Assembly: GCA_005879585.1 (NCBI GenBank)
Contig: VBKG01000337.1
Coordinates: 1-52,609, forward strand
Direction: 5' to 3'
Origin: Deltaproteobacteria bacterium
GTDB lineage: Bacteria; Desulfobacterota; Binatia; DP-6
DNA length: 52,609 bases
Shown here: positions 36,081 to 44,985 of the stretch, one piece after another
How the letters are laid out: each line of letters starts with the position of its first letter
Position numbering within the stretch: the first letter of the stretch is position 1
The notes under the pieces: generated by a model
What the model saw: the letters and a program-made list of their open reading frames with translations, nothing else
What the model was told of the DNA's origin: nothing
Databases searched by the model: none
Position numbers and translations under genes: made by a program

Positions 36081-37196
36081 TCACAGCGTCTGCCGCACGG
36101 CGGCAACGAGCGCCGACAGGTCGACGCACTCGAACACCGCGTCGCACGCGGGAGCGTAGCGCGAGAGCACGCTGTCGCCCGTGTCCCAGCGGGCGCGCGG
36201 TTCCGGCACGATCCAGACGAGCCGTTCGACGCGATCGCCGACGGCGCGGAGCAGCTCGGCCCGCGGCGGCCGGCGGTTGTTGCGCGCGTCGCCGAGGACG
36301 AGGAGCAGCGTCGACCGCGTCAGCACGTCCCGATGTGTGTGCCAGAGCTCGTCGAGCACGCGGCCGAAGTCGGAGCGCGCGTGGAGGTCGAGTACGCCCT
36401 CGGGCGCGACATGCCCGTCCTCGATCGAGACCGCGCAGAGGCGGTCGACGTATGCGAAGAGGTGGCTCCGCCGGAACCACCCGGCCGCCGGGGCGATCAG
36501 CCCGAGGAGCAGCTCGCTCGCCGCTGCGACGGAGCCCGAGAGATCGCAGAGCACCACGAGGTCCGGACGTCCGGGGCGGCGGGCGCGGAAGCGCGGGCGC
36601 GCGGGCACGCCACCCATCGCGAGGGACGACCGAATCGTCCGCCGGAAGTCGAGCCGGCCGCGGCGCGCCTGTCGCTCGCGACGGGCGAGCCGCGCCCGCA
36701 GCCCGCGCCCGAGCTCGCGGACGACGTCGCGCGCCTCCTGCACGTCGCGGGCGGTGAACTCGCGGAACGGGAGCCGTATGAGCGCGAGCCGCCGCGCGAC
36801 GCGACCGCGGCGGGCTTCGCTCGCGTCCCGCGGCATCTCGCGCCGCCGTGCGCGGCGTGGGATGTCGCCCGGCTCCTCGCGCAGACTGCCGCGTCCCGCC
36901 GCCGTCCCCTGCCCGCTCGCTCTGGTCGCTGCGCCGTCTCCGCCGGCGACGCGCTTCCGACGCTTCCCCGCCTCGCGCGCCGCCCCGACGAGCGGGAATG
37001 CGGCGTCGAACAGCCGGTCGAAGAGTGGCCGATCGTCCTCGTTCTTCACCAGGCACGCGGCGAGCGACTCGCGCAGGACCTCGCGCTCGACGCCCGCCGC
37101 GGCGACCGCGCGCGCCGCGTCCATCGTCTCGGCGACCGAGACGTCGACGCCCTCGGCACGCAGCGTCTGGACGAAGTCGAGGATGCGCGCGCGCAT
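36081..37196 (-). CDS. VWA domain protein (CoxE-like)
   Basis: LDFRRTIRSSL, MIDAS CDLSGS, VLGDARNN. Confidence 0.88.
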   Translation of the reverse strand: MRARILDFVQTLRAEGVDVSVAETMDAARAVAAAGVEREVLRESLAACLVKNEDDRPLFDRLFDAAFPLVGAAREAGKRRKRVAGGDGAATRASGQGTAAGRGSLREEPGDIPRRARRREMPRDASEARRGRVARRLALIRLPFREFTARDVQEARDVVRELGRGLRARLARRERQARRGRLDFRRTIRSSLAMGGVPARPRFRARRPGRPDLVVLCDLSGSVAAASELLLGLIAPAAGWFRRSHLFAYVDRLCAVSIEDGHVAPEGVLDLHARSDFGRVLDELWHTHRDVLTRSTLLLVLGDARNNRRPPRAELLRAVGDRVERLVWIVPEPRARWDTGDSVLSRYAPACDAVFECVDLSALVAAVRQTL

Positions 37197-37214
37197 CCCC
37201 GGGATGGTAGCGGC

Positions 37215-37532
37215 TCAGACGAAGACGAGCGACAGGAGGCGGGCCATCCACGGGATGAACGAGAAGAAGCCGTAGACCGTGGCGAGCAGCACCATCGACT
37301 GGCGCACGAACGGCCGGGGGCCGAGACGGCGGAGCAGCACGAGGAAGCCGCACGCCTTCGCCTTGAACAGGCAGAGCGTACCGGCGAGCCCGAGGTACGG
37401 GATGGCGCCCGCGACGAGCGGATTGCCTTCGCCCCAGAACCGAAGGCCGTGGTAGGTGGCCACCCCGTCGAAGATCTGCAGACAGAGGTTCAGGAGGAAC
37501 AGCTGGTGCAACCGTTGCTCGCTCGCATCCAT
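37215..37532 (-). CDS. Small membrane protein (DUF5658-like)
   Basis: LQIFDGVATYHG...EGNPL pattern with three TM segments. Confidence 0.7.
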   Translation of the reverse strand: MDASEQRLHQLFLLNLCLQIFDGVATYHGLRFWGEGNPLVAGAIPYLGLAGTLCLFKAKACGFLVLLRRLGPRPFVRQSMVLLATVYGFFSFIPWMARLLSLVFV

Positions 37533-37547
37533 CCGGGCGGATGCCGC

Positions 37548-37563
37548 TGCAAGGGCGGTGCCA
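37548..37563 (-). promoter_or_regulatory. sigma54 promoter between the moxR and DUF5658-like genes
   Basis: TGGCACCGCCCTTGCA, near-consensus -24/-12, 15 nt before ATG 37532. Confidence 0.75.
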
Positions 37564-37589
37564 GGTGAGACGGAAAGCGCGCGGCCCCG

Positions 37590-38468
37590 TCAGGACCGCG
37601 CCGCCGCGGCAAGTAGCGTCGACACCTTGCTCTCCGCTTTGCGGAGGTCCTCCTCGTGCTTGACGATGAGTGCGAGGGTCTGGCGAACAGTTGCCGCATC
37701 GAGCTCGTGTACGCCGAGCGCGCAGAGGCCGCGGGCCCAGTCGAGCGTCTCGGCGATGCTCGGCGCCTTCCGGAGGTCGAGCTTCCGGAGACCCGCCACG
37801 AAGCGCGCCACCTGCACGCGGAGCCGCTCGTCGAGCTCGGGCACCTTGAGCGCGACGATCTCGGCCTCGGTGTCGGGGCCCGGGAAATCGACGAACAGAT
37901 GGAGGCACCGCCGGACGAGCGCCTCGGAGAGCTCGCGCGTCCGGTTGGAGGTGAGCACGACCACCGGCCGCTGCTGTGCCCGGATCGTGCCGAGCTCGGG
38001 CACGCTCACCTGGAAGTCGGAGAGGACCTCGAGGAGGAAGGCCTCGAACTCGGGATCGGCCTTGTCGACCTCGTCGATCAGGAGGACGACGGTGCGCGGC
38101 GCGGTGATGGCGCGCGAGAGCGGCCGCTCGAGCAGGAACTCGCGCGAGAAGATGTGGTGCGAGACCTCGTCCCAGCCGCGCCCCTCGGCGCGGTCGGCCT
38201 GGATCCGGAGCAGCTGCTTCTGGTAGTTCCACTCGAAGAGCGCCCGCGCCTCGTCGAGCCCCTCGTAGCACTGGAGCCGGACGAGGTCGGTCTGCAGCAT
38301 CTCGGCGAGCACCTTGGCGAGCTCGGTCTTCCCGGCGCCGGCCGGTCCCTCGGCGAGCAGCGGCTTCTCGAGGACGAGCGCCAGGAAGACCGCCGTCTCG
38401 ACCCGCGCGTTCGTGATGTAGCGCGCGGCGCGGAGCCCGTCGCGCACCTGCTCGCGCGTCACGTCCAT
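37590..38468 (-). CDS. MoxR-family AAA+ ATPase (CoxD-like)
   Basis: EGPAGAGKT, RLQCYEGLD, LLIDEVDK, LTSNRTRELSEAL, KAPSIAETLDW. Confidence 0.92.
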   Translation of the reverse strand: MDVTREQVRDGLRAARYITNARVETAVFLALVLEKPLLAEGPAGAGKTELAKVLAEMLQTDLVRLQCYEGLDEARALFEWNYQKQLLRIQADRAEGRGWDEVSHHIFSREFLLERPLSRAITAPRTVVLLIDEVDKADPEFEAFLLEVLSDFQVSVPELGTIRAQQRPVVVLTSNRTRELSEALVRRCLHLFVDFPGPDTEAEIVALKVPELDERLRVQVARFVAGLRKLDLRKAPSIAETLDWARGLCALGVHELDAATVRQTLALIVKHEEDLRKAESKVSTLLAAAARS

Positions 38469-38857
38469 CAGCGGATGCGCGGCAGTCGCGCGCGGTCGAG
38501 GAAGCGGTGCGGCCGGGCGACCGTGCGGAGCCATGCGATGCACGCGTCGACGTCCGCGACGAGCGCGTCGACGTCGACGCCGTGTGCGGCCGGCCGGTAG
38601 TCGTCGAGCGCGACCAACGCCTGCGCGAGGAGGTGCACCGCGCCGCGCGTCGCGCCGCGGCGCGTGCGCAGGTGGAGTCCCGCGGCGAGCTGCACGAGCG
38701 CCTCGAGGAAGGCGCGGTCGGGCGACGCGGCGTCGCGCCATGCCGCCTCCCAGACCTGCTGCGCCTCGAGGTAGCGGCCGCGGTTGAACAGACGCACGCC
38801 GCTCGGGACGGCGGCGGCGACGTCGCGCGGGGCGTCGAGACGTCGGGCCGTGGTCAC
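38468..38857 (-). CDS. DUF309 domain protein
   Basis: LFNRGRYLEAQQVWE..W, LVQLAAGLH; GTG overlaps the thyX stop. Confidence 0.75.
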   Translation of the reverse strand: MTTARRLDAPRDVAAAVPSGVRLFNRGRYLEAQQVWEAAWRDAASPDRAFLEALVQLAAGLHLRTRRGATRGAVHLLAQALVALDDYRPAAHGVDVDALVADVDACIAWLRTVARPHRFLDRARLPRIR

Positions 38858-39834
38858 CTCCGGTCGACACGCGGCACCGCGGCCTCCATCTCGCGCGCGA
38901 AGTGCTCGGCGGGACGCGCGGCCGTGAGGTCGAGGTCGAAGTCCTCGTCGTCGCGAGCGTCGCCGATCTTCGCGAGGAGCTCGTCGACCTCGCGCTTGGA
39001 CAGCCCGAGGCGGGCGAGCTCCTCGGGCGTCACGCGCCCGGGTCGCGCCTCGAGCCCGCCGCCGGCGACGCCGACCAGGCGACGCAACGCATCGAGCTCG
39101 CCGCGCGAGAGGTGCGTCCCGCGGAACTCGTAGTCCACCCAGGCCTCGAAGCTGAGCGGCGCGACGCGCTTCAGCATCCCGGCGATCACGCGCGCGAAGA
39201 CACGGATCTCGTGCTGGGCATGCGGGTCCGCGCGCACGGTGAGGAAGTGGAAGAGGTTGTGGAGATCGATCTTCCAGTACCACTGGGTGTACGTCGAGAG
39301 CGGCAGGTCGATACGCGCCAGCTCGCGCGCGACGTCGCGCCCGACCAGCCACTCGTACTGCTCGGCGGCGAGACGGCGCAGCGACTCCCAGCGCGCGACG
39401 GCATCCGCGTGGGCCTCGGCCAGCGGCGCCCCGCCCCGCCCTTGCCGGTTGGTCTTGGCCTGCGCCTGGAACGCATCCGGCTCTGGGGTGTAGAACAGGA
39501 GAGGCAGCAAGCTGTATCTCCCGCTATACTCATTTAAATTCGCCGCCCTATGCCGCACCCACTGCCTGGCGACGAAGATCGGGAGCGCGCAGTGGAACTT
39601 GAGCTCCACCATCTCGCTCGGCGTCGTGTGGCGGTGGCGGCGGAGGTAGCGGATGAGGCCGCGCGTCTCGCTCGTGCGGCGGGTGCCGTAGCCGTACGAC
39701 ACGCGCGCCGCGCGCTCGACGTCCTCGTCGGAGCCCATGTAGTCGACGAGTGAGACGAACCCGTGGTCGAGGACCGGGAAGTAGAGCCCGAGGATCTCCT
39801 CCGCGGCCGGATTCGTCGGACGGCGCGTCTCCAC
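38854..39834 (-). CDS. thyX: FAD-dependent thymidylate synthase
   Basis: AARVSY, HTTPSE, signature RHRAANLNEYSGRY, RELARIDLP, HAQHEIR. Confidence 0.95.
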   Translation of the reverse strand: METRRPTNPAAEEILGLYFPVLDHGFVSLVDYMGSDEDVERAARVSYGYGTRRTSETRGLIRYLRRHRHTTPSEMVELKFHCALPIFVARQWVRHRAANLNEYSGRYSLLPLLFYTPEPDAFQAQAKTNRQGRGGAPLAEAHADAVARWESLRRLAAEQYEWLVGRDVARELARIDLPLSTYTQWYWKIDLHNLFHFLTVRADPHAQHEIRVFARVIAGMLKRVAPLSFEAWVDYEFRGTHLSRGELDALRRLVGVAGGGLEARPGRVTPEELARLGLSKREVDELLAKIGDARDDEDFDLDLTAARPAEHFAREMEAAVPRVDRR

Positions 39835-39847
39835 GGTCAGCCCGCTA

Positions 39848-41038
39848 TCACACCCACGGAGGCCCGACGAGCGACAGCACGAGCCCCGTCGCGAGCTTCG
39901 GGTAGAAATACGTCGACTTCTCGCGCATGAGCTCGCCCGCAAGACACACGGCACGCACGGCGGCCATCGACGGCGGGTTCAGGAGAAACGCCGCCGCGGC
40001 ACGGCCGGTGCGCACGGCGTCGGCGGCCTCGTCGTCATCGTGCGTGAACTCGAGGGCAGCCGGATCCGCGCCGAGGATCGGCTCGAGGATGGCCTGGTGG
40101 AGAAGCTCGACGTCGAGCGTGCGAAGCGCGGCGGGCAGCGCCGCAAGCCGCGCGTGCGCGGTTGGACGCGGCCGCAGACGGAGGCGGCGGTCCGGGAGCA
40201 CGCAGTCGATCTCGCCCGCCCGGCGTCGCGCGGCCGGCAGCGGCTCGACCTCGAAGTCCGCGCGCAGGCTCGCGTCGAGATCGGGCGGCAGCGGAGCCCG
40301 AACGAGACGGTGCGTCGGCAGGATGACGACGCCCTCCTCCTCCATGTTCGCGAGGTAGGCGAGCACGAACGCCGCGGCGTCGTTGCCGCGCTGCTCGTCG
40401 CGGTACTCGAGTGCCGTCTCGTAGCGGTGGTGGCCGTCGGCGATGATGACGGTCTCGGGCGCGAGCGCGGCCTCGACGCGCGCGATGGCGGCCGGATCGG
40501 TCACACGCCAGAGCTGATGCCAGCCGTTCACGTCGATGACCGGCTCGCCGACGGGCCCGACGAGCTCCCGGACAGGCTCACGGGGACGCGCGTAGAGGCC
40601 GAAGATCGGGCTCAGGTTGGCGCCGGTGGCACGCAGGACCGCCAGGCGTTCGACCTTCGGGGCCGCCAGCGTGCGCTCATGGCGGCGAACGATGCCCCGC
40701 GCGTATTCTTCGAGACGCAGCCGGCAAAGAAGCCCGTCGCGCCGGCGAGTCGTGCCGTCGGGCAGGCTGAAGCGCTGCGAGTAGAGGTAGACCGCTGGCG
40801 TCCGGTCGCGGACGAGGATCCCGCGCTCCACCCAGTCGCGCAGCGTGCGCGCCGCCGCGGCCGCGCGATCGGCTTCCTGCGACAGGATCAGCCGGATGAC
40901 GTTGTAGGGACTCCGCGCGTGGAGCTCGGCCTGCTCGGACGGCGTGATGACGTCGTAGGGCGGGGCCAGGAGAGAGCCGACGTCGCCGGCGCGGGCCGGG
41001 TCGTAGCGGAGCGCCTCGAGCGGACGGACGACGGCCAT
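39848..41038 (-). CDS. DUF1015 family protein
   Basis: APPYDVI, IADGHHRYETA, KSTYFYPKL. Confidence 0.9.
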   Translation of the reverse strand: MAVVRPLEALRYDPARAGDVGSLLAPPYDVITPSEQAELHARSPYNVIRLILSQEADRAAAAARTLRDWVERGILVRDRTPAVYLYSQRFSLPDGTTRRRDGLLCRLRLEEYARGIVRRHERTLAAPKVERLAVLRATGANLSPIFGLYARPREPVRELVGPVGEPVIDVNGWHQLWRVTDPAAIARVEAALAPETVIIADGHHRYETALEYRDEQRGNDAAAFVLAYLANMEEEGVVILPTHRLVRAPLPPDLDASLRADFEVEPLPAARRRAGEIDCVLPDRRLRLRPRPTAHARLAALPAALRTLDVELLHQAILEPILGADPAALEFTHDDDEAADAVRTGRAAAAFLLNPPSMAAVRAVCLAGELMREKSTYFYPKLATGLVLSLVGPPWV

Positions 41039-41638
41039 TCAGTCGCCCTCGAGCGCCCGCCGGAGCGCCTGCTCGGACACCGGCCCCGTGCGCAGGACGC
41101 GGACGCGGCCCTCCTCGAGCACGGCGACGGTCGACGCTCCGCCCGGCAGCTCGCCGCCATCGAGGTACACGGCGACGCCGTCGCCGAAGGTCGCGCGTGC
41201 CTCCTCGACGCGCCGCGGCGGCGTCCCGCGCGGCGGATTCGCGCTCGGCGCGGTGACCGGCCGGCCGAGCCCGGTGACGACGGCGGCGGCGACCGGATGG
41301 CCGGGGACGCGGACGCCGATCGTGCCCGAGCCGGCGGTGAGCGCCGCGGGCAGACGGTCGCGGGCAGCGAGCACGAGCGTCAACGGGCCGGGCCAGAAGC
41401 GCTCGGCGAGCCGCCGCGCGGGCGGCGGGATCTCCGCCGCCACCGTTTCCGCCATCGCCAGGCCCGCGACCAGCACGAGGATCGGCTTCTCCGGCTCTCG
41501 CCCCCGCACCGCCACGAGCCGCGCGACCGCGTCCTCGGAGAGCGCGTCGGCGCCGAGGCCGTAGACCGTCTCGGTGGGAAAGACGACGAGCTCCCCGGCG
41601 GCGAGCGCCGCGACCGCCGCCTCAGTCGTTGCTCTCAG
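41039..41638 (-). CDS. tsaC: Threonylcarbamoyl-AMP synthase TsaC/Sua5 (non-canonical start, CTG 41638 proposed)
   Basis: [27 protein letters not shown]. No in-frame ATG/GTG/TTG near the expected N-terminus. Confidence 0.85.
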   Translation of the reverse strand: MRATTEAAVAALAAGELVVFPTETVYGLGADALSEDAVARLVAVRGREPEKPILVLVAGLAMAETVAAEIPPPARRLAERFWPGPLTLVLAARDRLPAALTAGSGTIGVRVPGHPVAAAVVTGLGRPVTAPSANPPRGTPPRRVEEARATFGDGVAVYLDGGELPGGASTVAVLEEGRVRVLRTGPVSEQALRRALEGD

Positions 41639-42152
41639 GCGAGATCTTCCTCTGCAGGCGGAGATTCTTCCCCTCGACGCTCTCGGCGAGCTCCGTCTTG
41701 AAGCGCTCGAGCCGCTCGCGGAGCGGACGGCTCCGGAGCGCCAGGATCTGCGCCGCCAGCACCGCCGCGTTCTCCGCCCCCGCGCGTCCGATCGCGACGG
41801 TGGCGACGGGGACGCCGCCCGGCATCTGCACGGTGGCGAGAAGCGCGTCGAACCCCTGGAGCGGCGTCGACGCCACCGGGACGCCGATGACCGGCAGCGT
41901 GGTGTAGGCCGCGACGACGCCGCCGAGGTGCGCGGCGCCGCCCGCACCGGCGATGATCACGGCGAGACCGCGCCGCCGTGCCGTCTGCGCGTACTGCATG
42001 ACGGCCTTCGGCGAACGGTGCGCCGAGACGACCTGCACCTCGTACGGGATCTCGAAGCTCGCGAGCCGCTCCGCGGCGCCCTCCATCGTGTCCCAGTCGC
42101 TGTCGCTGCCCATCAGGATGCCGACCTGCGGCCGGCCGTCACGCACCGCCAT
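41622..42152 (-). CDS. purE: N5-CAIR mutase
   Basis: [33 protein letters not shown]. Confidence 0.96.
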   Translation of the reverse strand: MAVRDGRPQVGILMGSDSDWDTMEGAAERLASFEIPYEVQVVSAHRSPKAVMQYAQTARRRGLAVIIAGAGGAAHLGGVVAAYTTLPVIGVPVASTPLQGFDALLATVQMPGGVPVATVAIGRAGAENAAVLAAQILALRSRPLRERLERFKTELAESVEGKNLRLQRKISPESND

Positions 42153-43440
42153 GCTGCCCGTCCTTTCGCTCCGCCGCCAGCGCGCGATGGCCGATGTCGC
42201 GCCGGAAGTGCATCCCCGGCCAGCGGATCTGGTCGACGGCGGCGTACGCCTCGGTCACCGCCGCGTCGATCGTGTCGCCGAGTGCCGTGACACCGAGCAC
42301 GCGGCCACCGTCGGTGACCAGACGGCCGTCGTCGATCCGCGTACCCGCGTGGAAGACCGTGCCGTTGGCCCAGCCCGCGAGGCGCTCGAGCCCGTCGATC
42401 GGCCGGCCGCGCTCGACGGCACCGGGGTACCCCTCCGCGGCGAGCACGATGCACACCGCCGCGCGCGGGTCCCACTCGAGCGTCTCGCCGGCGAGCCGCC
42501 CCTCGCACGTGCGCGCGAGGAGGTCGAGCAGATCGGAACGGAGTCGTGAGAGGAGAACCTCCGCCTCGGGGTCGCCGAAGCGGACGTTGAACTCGAGCAC
42601 CTTCGGGCGCCCGTCGTGCACCATGAGACCGGCGTACAGCACGCCCGTGTACGGCGTGCCCTGCTTCGCGAGCGCCTGAACGATGGGCTCGATGACCTGC
42701 TGCATGATCTCGCTCTCGAGCGCCGGCGTGACGATGGGCGTCGGTGAGTAGGCGCCCATGCCGCCGGTGTTCGCGCCCTGGTCGCCGTCGAGGACGCGCT
42801 TGTGGTCCTGGGACGGCGCGAGCGGCACGACGGTCGTCCCGTCCGAGAGCGCCATGAACGAGACCTCGTCGCCCTCGAGGAACTCCTCGACGACCACGCG
42901 GCTGCCGGCGTCGCCGAAGAGCCGTCTCCGCATGAGCTCGTCGATCGCCTCGTCGGCCTCGGCGACCGTGCGACAGATGAAGACGCCCTTCCCGCCGGCC
43001 AGGCCGTCCGCCTTGACGACGACCGGCGCGCCGACCTCGTTCACGTAGCGGGTCGCGTCGTCGGGATCGGCGAAGACGCCGAAGAACGCCGTCGGCACGT
43101 GCGCATGGCGCAGCAGCTCCTTCGCGAAGGCCTTCGACCCTTCGAGGCGCGCCGCCGCGGCCGTCGGCCCGAAGGCGCGGAGCCCCGCCGCCGCGAAGCG
43201 GTCGACGAGCCCCATGGTGAGCGGCAGCTCCGGGCCGACGACCGTCAGGTCGATCGCCTGCTCCTTCGCGAAGCGCAGGAGCTTCGCGAGGTCGTCGGCC
43301 GCCACGGGCACGCACTCCGCGACGCCCGCGATGCCGGCGTTGCCCGGGGCACAGTAGAGCGCGCCGAGCCGCGGGCTCTGCCGGAGCTTCCAGCAGAGCG
43401 CGTGCTCCCGCCCGCCGCCTCCCACGACAAGGACCCGCAT
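42139..43440 (-). CDS. purD: Phosphoribosylamine-glycine ligase
   Basis: GGGGREHAL, LEGSKAF, KADGLAGGKGV, NTGGMGAY, EFNVRFGDPE. Confidence 0.97.
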   Translation of the reverse strand: MRVLVVGGGGREHALCWKLRQSPRLGALYCAPGNAGIAGVAECVPVAADDLAKLLRFAKEQAIDLTVVGPELPLTMGLVDRFAAAGLRAFGPTAAAARLEGSKAFAKELLRHAHVPTAFFGVFADPDDATRYVNEVGAPVVVKADGLAGGKGVFICRTVAEADEAIDELMRRRLFGDAGSRVVVEEFLEGDEVSFMALSDGTTVVPLAPSQDHKRVLDGDQGANTGGMGAYSPTPIVTPALESEIMQQVIEPIVQALAKQGTPYTGVLYAGLMVHDGRPKVLEFNVRFGDPEAEVLLSRLRSDLLDLLARTCEGRLAGETLEWDPRAAVCIVLAAEGYPGAVERGRPIDGLERLAGWANGTVFHAGTRIDDGRLVTDGGRVLGVTALGDTIDAAVTEAYAAVDQIRWPGMHFRRDIGHRALAAERKDGQHGGA

Positions 43441-43443
43441 GGC

Positions 43444-44985
43444 TCAGTGCCGGAAGTGCCGCACGCCGGTGAACACCATGGCGGCGCCGCGCGCGTCGGC
43501 CGCGCGGATGACCTCCTCGTCGCGCGTGCTGCCGCCGGGCTGGATGACCGCCGTCGCGCCGGCGGCGAGCGCCTCCTCGAGCCCGTCGGGGAACGGAAAG
43601 AACGCGTCGCTCCCGAGGACCGAGCCGTGGAGCGAGATGCCGAGCCGCTCGGCGCGGGCGCGCGCGGTGCGCACCGGCTCGACGCGCGAGGTCTGCCCGC
43701 CGCCGAGGGCGAGCGTGCGGTCGGCGAGGGTGAACGCGATGGCGTTCGACTTGACGTGCTTGACGACGCGCCACGCGAACGCGAGGGCGAGGAGCTCCTC
43801 GGGGGTCGGGGGCCGCCGGGTGACGACGCGCGCCTCGCGCGGATCCTCGATCGCGCGGTCCTGGTCCTGGACCAGCATCCCGCGCGCGACGCCGCGGACC
43901 GCGGGCGCACGGACCTCGTTCGCCTCGGGGTGCCAGCGGACGAGCCTCCGTTGCTTCTTGCGTTTCAGCAGCTCGAGGGCGTCAGGCTCGAAGTCGGGCG
44001 CGATCAGCACCTCGGTGAAGATCTCGTCGACCGCCCAGGCGAGCGGCAGCGTCCACGGCCTGGTGGAGACGACGAGGCCGCCGAACGGCGACTCGGGGTC
44101 GGTCGCGTAGGCCCGCTTCCAGGCCTCGAGCGGGTCCCGGCCGATCCCGACGCCGCACGGCGTGTTGTGCTTGAGGATCGCGACCGCCGCCCCCGGTGCG
44201 GTCCGGAACTCCTCGGCCAGGGCCAGGGCCGCGTCGATGTCGACCACATTATTATAGGAGAGCTCCTTGCCGTGGAGCGGCTCGGCGACCTTCAGGAACT
44301 CCCCGTACAGCGCCGCCGCCTGGTGCGGATTCTCACCGTAGCGCAGGTCGAGCGCTTTCGATCCACCCCGGTGGAACGACGAGCCGAAGGCCTCGCCGCG
44401 CGACCCGAGGTAGTCGGCGATCGCGCCGTCGTAGCAGGCGGTCGCGCAGAAGACCTTCTGGGCAAGGCGGCGGTTCGTGTCCGCGGAGACCGAGCCGCCC
44501 GAGGCACGGAGCTCGGCCAGGACGGGACCGTAGTCGTCGGGGTCGACGAGCACCGTCACGTGCGCGTGGTTCTTGGCCGCCGAGCGCAGCATCGACGGGC
44601 CGCCGATGTCGATCTGCTCGATCGCGTCATCGAGTGTCACATCCGAACGCGCGACGGTCTCGCGGAAGGGATAGAGGTTCACGGCGACGAGGTCGATCGG
44701 CTCGATGCCGTGCGCGCGCATCTCGGCGACGTGCGCCGGGACGTCGCGCCGGCCGAGAAGGCCGCCGTGGATCTTCGGGTGCAGCGTCTTGACGCGCCCG
44801 TCGAGCATCTCCGGAAAGCCGGTGTGGTCGCTCACCTGCGTCACGCGGAGGCCGGCGTCGGCGAGGAGCTTCGCGGTGCCGCCCGTCGACAGCAGCTCGA
44901 CGCCGAGGTCCGCGAGGCCGTGCGCGAGCTCCACGAGCCCGCGCTTGTCGCTGACGCTCAGCAGCGCGCGCGCGATCCTAGGCAT
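43444..44985 (-). CDS. purH: Bifunctional AICAR transformylase / IMP cyclohydrolase
   Basis: ALLSVSDK, GRVKTLHP, IDIGGP, RYGENPHQ, SDAFFPF, RHFRH. Confidence 0.97.
   Translation of the reverse strand: MPRIARALLSVSDKRGLVELAHGLADLGVELLSTGGTAKLLADAGLRVTQVSDHTGFPEMLDGRVKTLHPKIHGGLLGRRDVPAHVAEMRAHGIEPIDLVAVNLYPFRETVARSDVTLDDAIEQIDIGGPSMLRSAAKNHAHVTVLVDPDDYGPVLAELRASGGSVSADTNRRLAQKVFCATACYDGAIADYLGSRGEAFGSSFHRGGSKALDLRYGENPHQAAALYGEFLKVAEPLHGKELSYNNVVDIDAALALAEEFRTAPGAAVAILKHNTPCGVGIGRDPLEAWKRAYATDPESPFGGLVVSTRPWTLPLAWAVDEIFTEVLIAPDFEPDALELLKRKKQRRLVRWHPEANEVRAPAVRGVARGMLVQDQDRAIEDPREARVVTRRPPTPEELLALAFAWRVVKHVKSNAIAFTLADRTLALGGGQTSRVEPVRTARARAERLGISLHGSVLGSDAFFPFPDGLEEALAAGATAVIQPGGSTRDEEVIRAADARGAAMVFTGVRHFRH

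Noticed and set aside
38468-38857. DUF309 with EAQQVWE instead of the usual EAHE motif
   Set aside because: Family function is unknown and the change cannot be interpreted without an alignment.
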